The notes beneath the pieces were generated by a model that was not told the origin of the DNA, did no database searches, and saw nothing but the letters and a program-made list of their open reading frames with translations. Both the position numbers and the translations under genes were made by a program. From NCBI GenBank assembly GCA_964016885.1, contig OZ024753.1, forward strand, positions 24,676,001 through 24,740,000: DNA of 64,000 bases, given 5' to 3'. This stretch comes from Eledone cirrhosa (Eukaryota). Each line of letters starts with the position of its first letter. Position 1 is the stretch's first letter. Of the stretch, positions 38,801 to 49,394 are shown in pieces.

Positions 38801-39290
38801 CGTCACAATGTTGTCCAACGTGACCATTTAGGTCGCCTGCAATAATTATATAGTCACTGTCGGTTATTTGGGAGGTAGCGAGCATCAGTGTCTCATAGAA
38901 TCTGTCTTTTATAGTGCTGGGCAGTCCGGATTGGGGTGTGTACGCAGATATTACAGTCACCGTAGTTCTATTGAAGACAAGTCTTATTTTAATTATTCTG
39001 TCGTTCACTCTATTTACGTCTATTATCTTATCTGCCCACTTTTCTGCTACCATGATTCCTACTCCACCCAGCCCATTGTCATTTCCCACCCAGAAAAGCT
39101 TATAGCATCGTTCTTTACCCACAATGAATCTAGCAGACCCACCCCTCCACCTGGTCTCTTGAATACAACAAACATCGACCTCCTTACATTCAAGCATTTC
39201 TACAACCTCGTTAGAGCGACCCTTTAAGGTGCCTACATTTATGGTACCAACTCTGAAGTTTTGGATTGCGTTTGGAAGGTGGGAGTGGTG
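35833..39290 (-). mobile_element. Near full-length RTE-clade LINE
   Basis: Single APE-RT ORF, 3' UTR 36221-35858, (GAT)n tail at 35833-35857, poly-C tract 5' of ORF on minus strand. Confidence 0.97.
36222..39197 (-). CDS. RTE ORF: AP endonuclease + reverse transcriptase + PHD-like zinc finger (991 aa)
   Basis: IQETRW, GDLNG, DYIL, SQH (APE); QFGF, DLEKAFD, QGSVLSP, YADD, YLG (RT); CSVC..CPKC..H..C..CDRC. Confidence 0.95.
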   Translation of the reverse strand: MLECKEVDVCCIQETRWRGGSARFIVGKERCYKLFWVGNDNGLGGVGIMVAEKWADKIIDVNRVNDRIIKIRLVFNRTTVTVISAYTPQSGLPSTIKDRFYETLMLATSQITDSDYIIIAGDLNGHVGQHCDGYDGIHGGYGFGTRNEEGSRILEFCDANNLTICNTNFKKRDNHLITYRSGEHTSQVDYILTRRRDRVSVVNTKSLPHEECTSQHRLIISDRIVRTRHIRQQKRTILRRKIWKLKDPTARNKFKSILLDAFDSKEEQLESYNIEEQWEFLKANLLKATDETCGWSRPIGRRRVTLWWNSKVEESIKAKKQAWKVWRDGGSREDYQVARREARRQVYFARREVEERKFKHVLQREDKKREVFRIARQCVKENSDIVREKSVLNDDGVLAITDADKKVAWKCHYKRLLNEENNWEKDSLPHIDPIEGPAVQVEGSIISKAIKDMTTGKAAGPSEIVAEMLKASGTVGHTMVTRIVNQVIQYGVVPKDWCSIIIINCYKGKGDALDRGNYRGIKLIDQVMKVTEKVIAQLIRERIDLDEMQFGFVSGKSTTDALFIVRQLQEKYLAKSKPLYLAFVDLEKAFDRVPRSIIWWALRKLGVDEWLVRAIQAMYKETVSKVRINNEYSEEFSVKVGVHQGSVLSPLLFFIALQAITEEFKTGCPWELLYADDLTLIAESMAELEKKFQTWKHGLESKGLKVNLSKTKVLVCRKENRAPVPSGKWPCSVCRKGVGRNSILCPKCKVWVHKRCSGITGKLTKNIDFTCDRCSGTISSSKSPQNTNSFHCTDGSIEIVDSFRYLGDKISNGEGCSESTVARVRTAWKKFRGLIPLLAAKGFSLKMKGRLYDACIRTAMLHDSETWALCAEDIRRLERNEACMLRWICNSNIRERQSINVLREKLEIRGIRCCLLERRLRWYGHVMRMKDDSCIKKCRAIKIDGSHGVGRPRKTWDDLINSDLTHLHLSKTMSVDRDLWRYTVIEKTRLT

Positions 39291-40116
39291 GGGCGCGGGG
39301 GGGGGGGGGGGGGGGTTATGTTAGCTATCCGCGGCCGAAACAAAGAGGAGGAGTCCTTGAAGATAGGAGGCAGCAGAGGTTAAGAGTTTAAATATAGTCC
39401 TCGAAATTTGGGGCATAATTTAGCCAGCATAACAAAATATATTTAAAAAATATATATAAGAAGTTTTGTTTTGATTTGAAAATACGACAGAATTAGAGCG
39501 AGAAAGTTAAGGTTTAAATAAGATCCCCGTATTTTGGGCATAATTTAACAAGCATAAAAACAATGATTCAAGATTTTAATGCTTTTTAAAACTTATATGC
39601 CATCAACCTGAAAATTGGTTTTAGTAAATAACTTTAAAAATAATATTTGTAGGGTAATGTTCTTATGTAAATGAGAATGGTGGCATAGATTTATAGAAGA
39701 GATAGAATTCTTTTCAAAGAGGATTGGTAGATCTAAGAGGAGATTTATACTTAATGTTTGAACGAGTTCACCTTCAATTTAGTGCTACAACATTGCTCAT
39801 CACTTATTGAGCTATCACCAAATTTGTGAAATAGAAGCTACATAGCTAGAGATATACAAAACACAGCTATTATATATTAAAATAGAAGGACAGTGGATTG
39901 GCAATATCCAATAAAGCGTCGGACACCATACTTTGTGGTATAAAGTTACCTCCCTTTATATTCTGCGTTCAAATCTTGCCGAGGTTAGTTTTGCCTTACA
40001 ACATCAACAAAATAAAGCACCAATAACGCACTTGGGTTGATTTAATCCTTTTTCCCTTTCCCCCAAAAGGCCTTGTGCTTAAATCAGAAAGCATCATATA
40101 TTAAACTAGATCTTAC

Positions 40117-40295
40117 CTTTCATAGAGTTTGCTAAATGTTCTTTCTCATCCTGTATATTAGAGAGAAATTTTTCAGCCAGAGATAGGTTCTTCATTTCTT
40201 TTTCTAGTATCTGAGCTGGTGTGAGGCTTTTGTATTTCTTTTCGAAATTTTCCCAAATATTTTGGTAATGTTCAAGCAGTGTAAGTCTTTCCTTC
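40117..40295 (-). CDS. SIX6OS1: Coding exon (179 bp, phase 2-1): (R)KERLTLLEHYQNIWENFEKKYKSLTPAQILEKEMKNLSLAEKFLSNIQDEKEHLANSMK; SIX6OS1/C14orf39-like
   Basis: Acceptor TCTTTTTCTGTTATCTAG, donor AAG|GTAAGA, coiled-coil-like open frame in non-repetitive DNA. Confidence 0.85.
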
Positions 40296-40334
40296 CTAGA
40301 TAACAGAAAAAGACATCTTTTCAAAATATAATCA

Positions 40335-41190
40335 ACATCATTATCATCATCACTGTTTAAAGTTCATTTTTCCACAGTAGCATGAGTTAGACAAGTTGTT
40401 CAGTTGTGAGACAAGTCACATCAGATGACTGTCTTGCTCATACAGGACTATTTCTGGCTTGGTTTCAATGGCTGAATGCCCTTCCTAATGCCAACTGCAC
40501 ATCAATATGTGTATGTGTGTATCATCATCATCATCATTTAACGTCTATCTTCCACGTTAGCATGGGTTAGACCGGAATTGTCCCACTTGAGGCAAGATTG
40601 ATCAGGTGACCGTGTCTCGCTCGTATAGGACTGTATCTGGCAGGGTTTCTACAGCTGGATGCCCTTCCTAACACCAACCACATTTACAGTGTGGACTGGG
40701 AGCCTTTTTACAGTGTCTCCTACACAACCACTTTACAACGTGGACTGTGTTTTTTTTTTGTCATGACACCTCTTTAGTTTGGACTGGATATTGTGGTACC
40801 AACATAACTTTACAGAGAAAGGATGGTGTTGGTGGAAGTGGAAGAATGGAGTAGGAGTAGTGGGTTAGGGTGTATATTTTGTTAGGAGGAGCCTACTGAC
40901 TGTAGGTTAACTTTGTACATAGGGAAGGTGTGGCACCAGAGATCTCGATCCAGTGACATTGTCTTAGAAAGGTGTAAGTGTGTAAGGTCGGATTTTATCA
41001 TGTCGTCCCAGGTAACTTCCATCAATTTTGATCGCCCTGCACTTTTTTATACAAATGTCGTCTTTCATGCACATCACATGATCATACCAATGTAATCTTC
41101 TCTCAAGTAAACAGCATCTGATCCCTCTTATTCCTAATTTCTCACTTAGTTCGTTTATGTTTTGCCATTCGTGTATATCACTACTACATA
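40335..41190 (-). mobile_element. Two stacked RTE 3' fragments
   Basis: (CAT)n tails at 40335 and 40521; LGIRGIRCCLLERRLHWYDHVM translation. Confidence 0.85.
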
Positions 41191-41422
41191 GTATATATAT
41201 ATATATATATACATATATATACACATATATATATACACTCCACGGTCTGATCAGATAACTGTGTCTTAATAAACAACCTCCTAGTTCCAATATTTATAGT
41301 TGCCTCCTATATTACACAGTGTACCTATTCTAAACTAGATATACAATGTCTTAGTGAATCAAATCAAACATAGTTTTGTGTATTAAATTAATAACACGTC
41401 TAAAACTACTTGGCTGAGCCCT

Positions 41423-41637
41423 ATCATCATCATCGTTTAACATCTATTTTCCATGCTAGCATGGGTTAGACAAGTTGTCCCATTGTGAGATATGTCAGAT
41501 TAGAAGACTGTCTTGTTTAATAAAGAACTGATTTTGGCTTGGTTTCTACAGCTGGGTGTCCGTGTTAATACCAACTACATTTACAGTGTGGGCTGGGTGC
41601 TTTTTGTCATGACACCTACACAACCACATTTACAGTA
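41423..41637 (-). mobile_element. RTE 3' UTR fragment
   Basis: (CAT)n then CATGCTAGCATGGGTTAGAC...TTTACAGTGTGGGCTGGGTG. Confidence 0.75.
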
Positions 41638-42162
41638 GATTTGAATTAGGACATTTCTCACTTCATGAATATTCTTACAAACATATAAACCTCAACAATC
41701 AACAAACCCATCTTAGAAAAACAAATACGCAAACAAAAGTTTTGAAAATATATAAGATTAAAGTATTTTATTTATTTTTGTATCAATGTTTCACTAAAAT
41801 ATCTTTTTTGATCTTTTAAGATTCCTCCATTAGTAGTAAAGATTATCAAAAATATCTATATTTATAAGATTTTATAGCTTTAGGCTTTCTAAATCAAATA
41901 TATTTTGGGATAATCTATAAACTTCAGAATAGCATAAAATTCCCAAAGCTGGTAATTCAAAATCTTTTTTAAAAAGTCCCCCCAAATCACTTCATCGTTA
42001 TTTTATGTTTGTTATCATGCCTAAAAATAAAGTTTGGCCTCAGATGAATAAAATTATGGAGAAAGTTATGGTGGTGTGTTAACACATTCAACTGATTTAA
42101 CTGAAAATGTTTATAGTATCTTAACTACCAAACAATCCACTGGAAAAATGTGTAATATTAGA

Positions 42163-45100
42163 ATATTGTAGTAATATTGTAGTAATGTAGTAATGTAGTA
42201 TTGTAGTAATGTAGTATTGTAGTATTGTAGTATTGTAGTAATGTAGTAATCTAGTAATGTTGTATTTTAGTATTGTAGTAATGTAGGATTGTAGTAATGA
42301 AGTATTGTAGTATTGTATTTTAGTTTTGTAGTAATGTAGTAATGTAGTATTGTAGTAATGTAGTATTGTACTAATGTAGTATTGTAGTAATGTAGTAATG
42401 TAGTAATGAAGTAAGGTAGTATTGTAGTATTGTAGTAATGTAGTAATGTAGTAATGTAGTAATGTAGTAATGAAGTAAGGTAGTATTGTAGTATTGTAGT
42501 AATGTAGTAATGTAGTAATGTAGTAATGTAGTAATGTAGTAATCTAGTAATGTAATAATGTAGTATTGTAGTAATGTACTAATGTAGTAATGTAGTATTG
42601 TAGTAATGCAGTAATGTAGTAATGTAGTAATATAGTATTGTAGTAATGTAGTAATGTAGTAAGGAAGTAATGTAGTATTGTAGTAATGTAGTATTGTAGT
42701 AATGTAGTAATGTAGTAATGTAGTTTTGTAGTAATGTAGTAATCTAGTAATGTAATCATGTAGTATAGTAGTAATGTACTATTGTAGTAATGTAGTATTG
42801 TAGTAAGGTAGTAATGTAGTATTGTACTATTGTAGTAATGTAGTAGTATTGTAGTAATGTAGTAATGTAGCAATGTAGTATTGTAGTAATGTAGTATTGT
42901 AGTAATGTAGTATTGTAGTAAGGTAGTAATGTAGTAATGTAGTATTCGGCTATATTAGTAATGTAGTAGTATGTAGTAATGTAGTATTGTAGTAATGTAG
43001 TGTTGTAGTAATGTAGTAATGTAGTATTGTACTAATGTAGTAATGTAGTAGTATTGTAGTAATGTAGTAATGTAGTATTGTAGTATTGAGGTGATGTATT
43101 AATGTAGTATTGAAGTAATGTAGTAATGTAGTAATGCAGTAATGTAGTAATCTAGTATTGTAGTAATGTAGTAATGTAGTAATGTAGTATTGAGGTGAAT
43201 GTAGTAATGTAGTATTGAAGTAATGTAGTATTGTAGTAATGTAGTATTGTAGTAATGTAGTAGTATTTTAGTAATGTAGTAATGTAGTAATGCAGTAATG
43301 TAATAATGTAGTAATGTAGTAATCTATTAATGTAGTAATGTTGTATTTTAGTATTGTAGTAATGTAGTAAATTTCCCTGGTCATGGATTCATTGAAGCTC
43401 CGACGTCTGGCAATGGACTTGGTGAATACCCACAAAGTTATTAACCATCTCGCCAATTGCAACCCTGAGCACCTTTTTGATCTCCATGTGTCTAACACAC
43501 GTGGACATGCCTACAAAATCAGAAAACAGCACAGCTGCCATGACTTTCGTAGACATTTTTTCACGCTCAGAATTGCTGAAGCATGGAAAAAACTACCTGC
43601 GTCAATTGTTAGCTGCCGAGAATCTGCATCCTTTAAGACACTCATGCTTCCCGAAATACGCCAAAACTACACCTGATGTACCCCTTCCATACACATGCAC
43701 ACATGTGTGTATCATGACTCGTGCACTGTTCATTTTACTGATGTTTGTGCATTGCCCTATGTACTGTACATGCACTTTTTTGATGAGTTGTGGTGTACCT
43801 GGGCACTGTACACAATATTTCATTATTATTATTATTATTATTATTATCATATCATGACTCATACAATGTTCATTTTCCTGACATTTGTACATTATTCTAT
43901 CTACTATACATGCACCTTTGATGAGTTGTAGTGCACCTGAGCACTGTACACAATAATTTCATTATTATTATTATTATTATTGTAGTAATACAGTAATGTA
44001 GTATTGTAGTGATGTAGTAATGTAGTAATGTAGTAATGTAGTAATGTAGTAATGTAGTAATGTAGTATTGTAGTAATGTAGTAATGTAGTAATGTAATAT
44101 TGTAGTATTGTAGTATTGTAGTAATGTAGTAATGTAGTAATGTAGTAATGTAGTAATGTAGTAATGTAGTAATGTAGTATTGTAGTAATGAAGTAATGTA
44201 GTATTGTAGTAATGTAGTATTGTAGTAATGAAGTAATGTAGTAATGTAGTAGTATTGTAGTAATGTAGTAGTGTAGTAATGTAGTATTGTAGTAATGTAG
44301 TATTGTAGTAATGTAGTATTGTAGTAATGTAGTAATGTAGTAATGAAGTATTGTAGTAATGTAGTATTGTAGTAATGAAGTATTGTAGTAATGTAGTAAT
44401 GTAGTACTGTAGTACTGTAGTAATGTAGTAATGTAGTATTGTAGTAATGAAGTAATGTCGTAATGTAGTAATGTAGTAATGAAGTAATGTAGTATTGTAG
44501 TAATGTAGTATTGTAGTAATGAAGTAATGTAGTATTGTAGTAATGTAGGAATGTAGTAATGTAGTATTGTAGTAATGTAGTATTGTAGTAATGTAGTAAT
44601 GTAGTATTGTAGTATTGTAGTAATGAAGTATTGTAGTAATGTAGTAATGTAGTATTGTAGTAATGTAGTATTGTAGTATTGTAGTAATGTAGTAATGTAG
44701 TATTGTAGTAATGTAGTAATGTAGTAATGTAGTATTGTAGTAATGTAGTATTGTAGTAATGTAGTAATGTAGTAATGTAGTAGTATTGTAGTAATGTAGT
44801 AGTGTAGTAATGTAGTATTGTAGTAATGTAGTATTGTAGTAATGTAGTATTGTAGTAATGTAGTAATGTAGTAATGTAGTAGTATTGTAGTAATGTAGTA
44901 GTGTAGTAATGTAGTATTGTAGTAATGTAGTATTGTAGTAATGTAGTATTGTAGTAATGTAGTAGTGTAGTAATGTAGTAATGTAGTAATGAAGTATTGT
45001 AGTAATGTAGTAATGAAGTATTGTAGTAATGTAGCATTGTAGTAATGTAGTAATGTAGTATTGTAGTAATGTAGTATTGTAGTATTGTAGTAATGTAGTA

Positions 45101-47793
45101 GTGTAGTAATGAAGTATTGTAGTAATGTAGTAATGTAGTAATGAAGTATTGTAGTAATGTAGTAATGAAGTATTGTAGTAATGTAGCATTGTAGTAATGT
45201 AGTAATGTAGTATTGTAGTAATGTAGCATTGTAGTAATGTAGTAATGTAGTATTGTAGTAATGTAGTAATGTAGCATTGTAGTAATGTAGTAATGTAGTA
45301 TTGTAGTAATGTAGTATTGTAGTATTGTAGTAATGAAGTATTGTAGTAATGTAGCATTGTAGTAATGTAGTATTGTAGTATTGTAGTAATGTAGTAATGT
45401 AGTAATGTAGTATTGTAGTAATGTAGTATTGTAGTAATGTAGCATTGTAGTAATGTAGTAATGTAGCATTGTAGTAGTATTGTAGTAATGTAGTAATGTA
45501 GTAATGTAGTATTGTAGTATTGTAGTATTGTAGTAATGCAGTAATGTAGTAATGTAGTAATGTAGTAATCTATTAATGTAGTAATGTTGTATTTTAGTAA
45601 TGTAGTAATGTAGTATTGTAGTAATGTAGTAATGTAGGATTGTAGTAATGAAGTCATGTAGTAATGTAGTAATGTAGTAATGAAGTTTTGTAATAATGTA
45701 GTATTGTAGTAATGTAGTATTGTAGTAATGTAGTAATGTAGTAATGTAGTATTGTAGTAATGTAGTAATGTAGTAATGAAGTAATGTAGTAATGTAGTAA
45801 TGTAGTAATGTAGTAATCTAGTAATGTAATAATGTAGTATTGTAGTAATGTAGTATTGTAGTATTGTAGTAATGTAGTATTGTAGTAATGTAGTATTTTA
45901 GTAATGTTGTAGTATTGTAGTGATGTAGTAATGTAGTATTGTAGTAATGTAGTATTGTACTATTGTAGTATTGTAGTAATGTAGTAATGTAGTAATGTAG
46001 TATTGTAGTAATGTAGTAATGTAGTAATGTAGTAATGTAGTATTGTAGTAATGTAGTAATGTAGTAATGTAGTATTGTAGTAATGTAGTAATGTAGTATT
46101 GTAGTAATGTAGTATTGTAGTAATGTAGTATTTTAGTATTGTAGTAATGTAGTATTGTAGTAATGTAGTATTTTAGTAATGTTGTAGTATTGTAGTGATG
46201 TAGTAATGTAGTATTGTAGTAATGTAGTATTGTACTATTGTAGTATTGTAGTAATGTAGTAATGTAGTAATGTAGTAATGTAATAATGTAGTATTGTAGT
46301 AATGTAGTATTGTAGTAATGTAGTATTGTAGTATTGTAGTAATGTAGCATTGTAGTAATGTAGTAATGTAATATTGTAGTATTGTAGTAATGTAGTATTG
46401 TAGTAATGTAGTATTGTAGTAATGTAGCATTGTAGTAATCTAGTAATGTAATAATGTAGTAATGTAGTAATGTAGTATTGTAGTAATGTAGTATTGTAGT
46501 AATGAAGTAATGTAGTAATGTAGTAGTATTGTAGTAATGTAGTATTGTAGTAATGTAGTATTGTAGTATTGTAGTATTGTGGTAATGCAGTAATGTAGTA
46601 ATGTAGTATTGTAGTAATGTAGTAATGTAGTAGTATTGTAGTAATGTAGTATTGTAGTAATGTAGTATTGTGGTAATGCAGTAATGTAGTAATGTAGTAT
46701 TGTAGTAATGTAGTAATGTAGTAATGTAGTATTGTAGTAATGTAGTAATGTAGTAGTATTGTAGTAATGTAGTAATGTAGTATTGTAGTAATGTAGTAGT
46801 ATTGTAGTAATGTAGTATTGTAGTATTGAGGTGATGTATTAATGTAGTATTGTAGTAATGTAGTAATGTAGCAATGTAGTATTGTAGTAATGTAGTATTG
46901 TAGTAATGTAGTATTGTAGTAATGCAGTAATGAAGTAATCTAGTATTGTAGTAATATAGAAATGTAGTAATATAGTTTTGTAGTATTGAGGTGATGTAGT
47001 ATTGTAGTAATGCAGTAATGTAGTAATGTAGTAATCTATTAATGTAGTAATGTAGTATTGTAGTGATGTAATAATGTAGTATTGTAGTAATGTAGTAATG
47101 TAGTAATGTAGTATTGTAGTATTGTAGTGATGTAATAATGTAGTATTGTAGTAATGTAGTAATGTAGTAATGTATTATTGTAGTATTGTAGTAATGTAGT
47201 AATGTAGTATCGTAGTAATGTAGTATTGTAGTAATGTAGTAATGAAGTAATGTAGTATTGTAGTAATGTAGTATCGTAGTAATGTAGTATTGTAGTAATG
47301 TAGTAATGAAGTATTGTAGTAATGTAGTATTGTAGTAATGTAGTATTGTAGTATTGTAGTAATGTAGTAATGTATTATTGTAGTATTGTAGTAATGTAGT
47401 AGTATTGTAGTAATGTAGTAGTGTAGTAATGTAGTAATGAAGTAATGTAGTATCGTAGTAATGTAGTAATGTAGTAATATAGTAGTATTGTAGTAATGTA
47501 GTAATGTAGTAATGTAGTAATGTAGTAATATAGTAGTATTGTAGTTATGTAGTAATGTAGTAATATAGTATTGTAGTAATGCAGTAATGTAGTATTGTAG
47601 TAATGTAGTAATGTAGTATTGTAGTATTGTAGTATTGTAGTAATGTAGTAATGTAGTATTGTAGTAATGTACTAATGTAGTAATGTAGTATTGTAGTAAT
47701 GTAGTAATGTAGTAATGTAGTATTGTAGTAGTAATGTAGTATTCTAGTAGTAATGTAGTATTGTAGTATTAATGTAGTATTGTAGTAATGTAG
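42163..47793. repeat. 8-bp satellite (TGTAGTAA/TGTAGTAT)n, about 5 kb, interrupted by CR1
   Basis: Direct reading; YYITTLLH ORFs are artefacts. Confidence 0.97.
43372..43980 (+). mobile_element. CR1-clade LINE 3' fragment with duplicated 3' UTR and (TTA)n tails
   Basis: LRRLAMDL..TRGHAYK..RRHFFTLRIAEAWKKLP; 3' UTR 43710-43848 repeated at 43850-43980. Confidence 0.9.
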
Positions 47794-47858
47794 CACCAAC
47801 ATTAAACTGAAAATTTGTGTAAAACTTCAATTTTCTACTAAACTTTACCCCACAATAC

Positions 47859-47890
47859 CTAAAGTTGTCTCTTTTTCTCATAGAATTCTG
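47859..47890 (-). CDS. Coding micro-exon (32 or 29 bp, NAGNAG acceptor): (Q)NSMRKRDNF(R)
   Basis: Pyrimidine-rich acceptor ...TTTCAG|CAG, donor TAG|GTATTG; AG|G joins in frame to exon 40295. Confidence 0.6.
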
Positions 47891-48036
47891 CTGAAATTTG
47901 TGCGAAAGAAATGGAAAAAAAAAAATGAAGGAAGAAAGTAGTGAAATGAAAATGCTTTTAGCCTAATTTGTATGATATTTTTAAGACAGTAGAAGAAATT
48001 ATTGACTGAAAAGTTAAAGAGGTAGAGATACCATAC

Positions 48037-48063
48037 TGGTCTATTTAGGTTTTCTTTATATTT
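48037..48063 (-). CDS. Candidate micro-exon (27 bp): KYKENLNRP
   Basis: Strong acceptor TTTTTTCCTTCATCTCTATCAG; only phase 0 is open; donor CCA|GTATGG (alternative at 48032). Confidence 0.4.
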
Positions 48064-48418
48064 CTGATAGAGATGAAGGAAAAAATAAATATGCTGAAAT
48101 GTGGTTTTAAGATTTCTCTTATATCCACCATTATCCACTATTAAACTAACTGTATTGTTTTTATTTGCAGCAATAAATCCCATATCCTACATTCAAAGAG
48201 ACCCCCACAAAAATCATGTTCACACACTATTAACAATATTACTCTAATTATTTTGTTTTATATATGTATATATATAGGCTAAATAATTTCTTTAATTTCT
48301 TTAGTCAAAATATGGCGATAGCTTACATTTCAAACCCGCTCGCTGTTTCGAAAATATTCTTACTTGACATTACAGTCGCTAAGTTTATAGCTTCTAATTT
48401 GAATGGAAAAAGACGGGT

Positions 48419-48490
48419 GATGTGTTGATGTAAATGGTAACACAGTGGTCTGGATAACCAAAGATGTGGGTTCGACTCCCATGTACGTCA
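48419..48490 (+). pseudogene. tRNA-like sequence (GGA at anticodon position) inside a direct-repeat element
   Basis: Cloverleaf with wobble-rich acceptor stem, T arm GTGGG-TTCGACT-CCCAT; flanked by ~90-bp direct repeats 48276-48367 / 48537-48638. Confidence 0.55.
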
Positions 48491-48931
48491 ATACTCATCT
48501 TTTTCCATTTCTCCGAGGGTTCTTAACCCCACTATCAGGCTAAGTAATTTCTTTAATTTCTTTAGTCAAAATACGGCGATAGCTTACATTTATAATAATT
48601 TCAAACCCGCTCGCTATTTTGAAAATATTCTTACTTGATATATATATATGTAATGTATTATATTATATTACATTATTGTAATGTATTATATTATATTACA
48701 TTGTGTTATATATAATTCCTGCTCTATATAACCACCTTTGTTTAGCTTTAGGTTAGTTGCTTTGGACTATATTTGTAATATGGTTCTTAATGTTATATAC
48801 ATCCTTAGTTATTCTTATTATATATTTTTATTATTTTTATTTTTATTATATATTTTTGCAAGACTTTAGTGTATGTACACTCCATATTCTTCGGAGCTTC
48901 CGGCTTGTATCTGCCAATATTACTTCTTATT

Positions 48932-48988
48932 GTTTTAATTGCCCTGATGAGTCCTTAATAGGACGAAACATTATCGGCTAATAAAAAC
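48932..48988 (+). ncRNA. Minimal type I hammerhead ribozyme
   Basis: GCC-CTGATGA-GTCCT-TAAT-AGGAC-GAAA-CATTA-TC-GGC; stem I extends (GTTTTAATTGCC/GGCTAATAAAAAC), AATAAA immediately after. Confidence 0.75.
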
Positions 48989-49394
48989 TTTTGATGTATT
49001 AAAGGATTCTTTGTTTTACTCTCTTAATATATATATATGTATATATTTATCTATACACACACATGAATAAATGGTATTGAATTGGCAAAGGCATTAGAAC
49101 ATTGGAGATAATATTTTGCAGTATTGTTCTGGATCTCTGCTCTATCAGTTCAAATCCCAACTTTGCCTTTCATCCATTTAAGGGTGATCCAAAAGCACCA
49201 CTCTAATACTGGTGTCAGTTCTTCCTCTCACTCACTCTTTCTCACTTCCTCTCACTATCTATCCTCTAGACGACATCTGCTGTATTCAGGGTCCATACAT
49301 ATGTATATAAAACCACAAAACACTGAGCAAACACTCTAATCTGAATATCAGCCTGCACTCATGACTCCCGCTAAACAAACTTGCGACCCACTCA

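Noticed and set aside
36502-39227. Plus-strand ORFs opposite the RTE
   Set aside because: Antisense shadows of the RTE ORF
39590-39830. Splice-like signals between the RTE and exon 40117
   Set aside because: The acceptor near 39609 gives an immediate stop in the required phase, and exon 40117 already joins exon 23618 in frame
43897-46430. 586-aa and 521-aa YYITTLLH ORFs
   Set aside because: Stop-free strand of an 8-bp satellite
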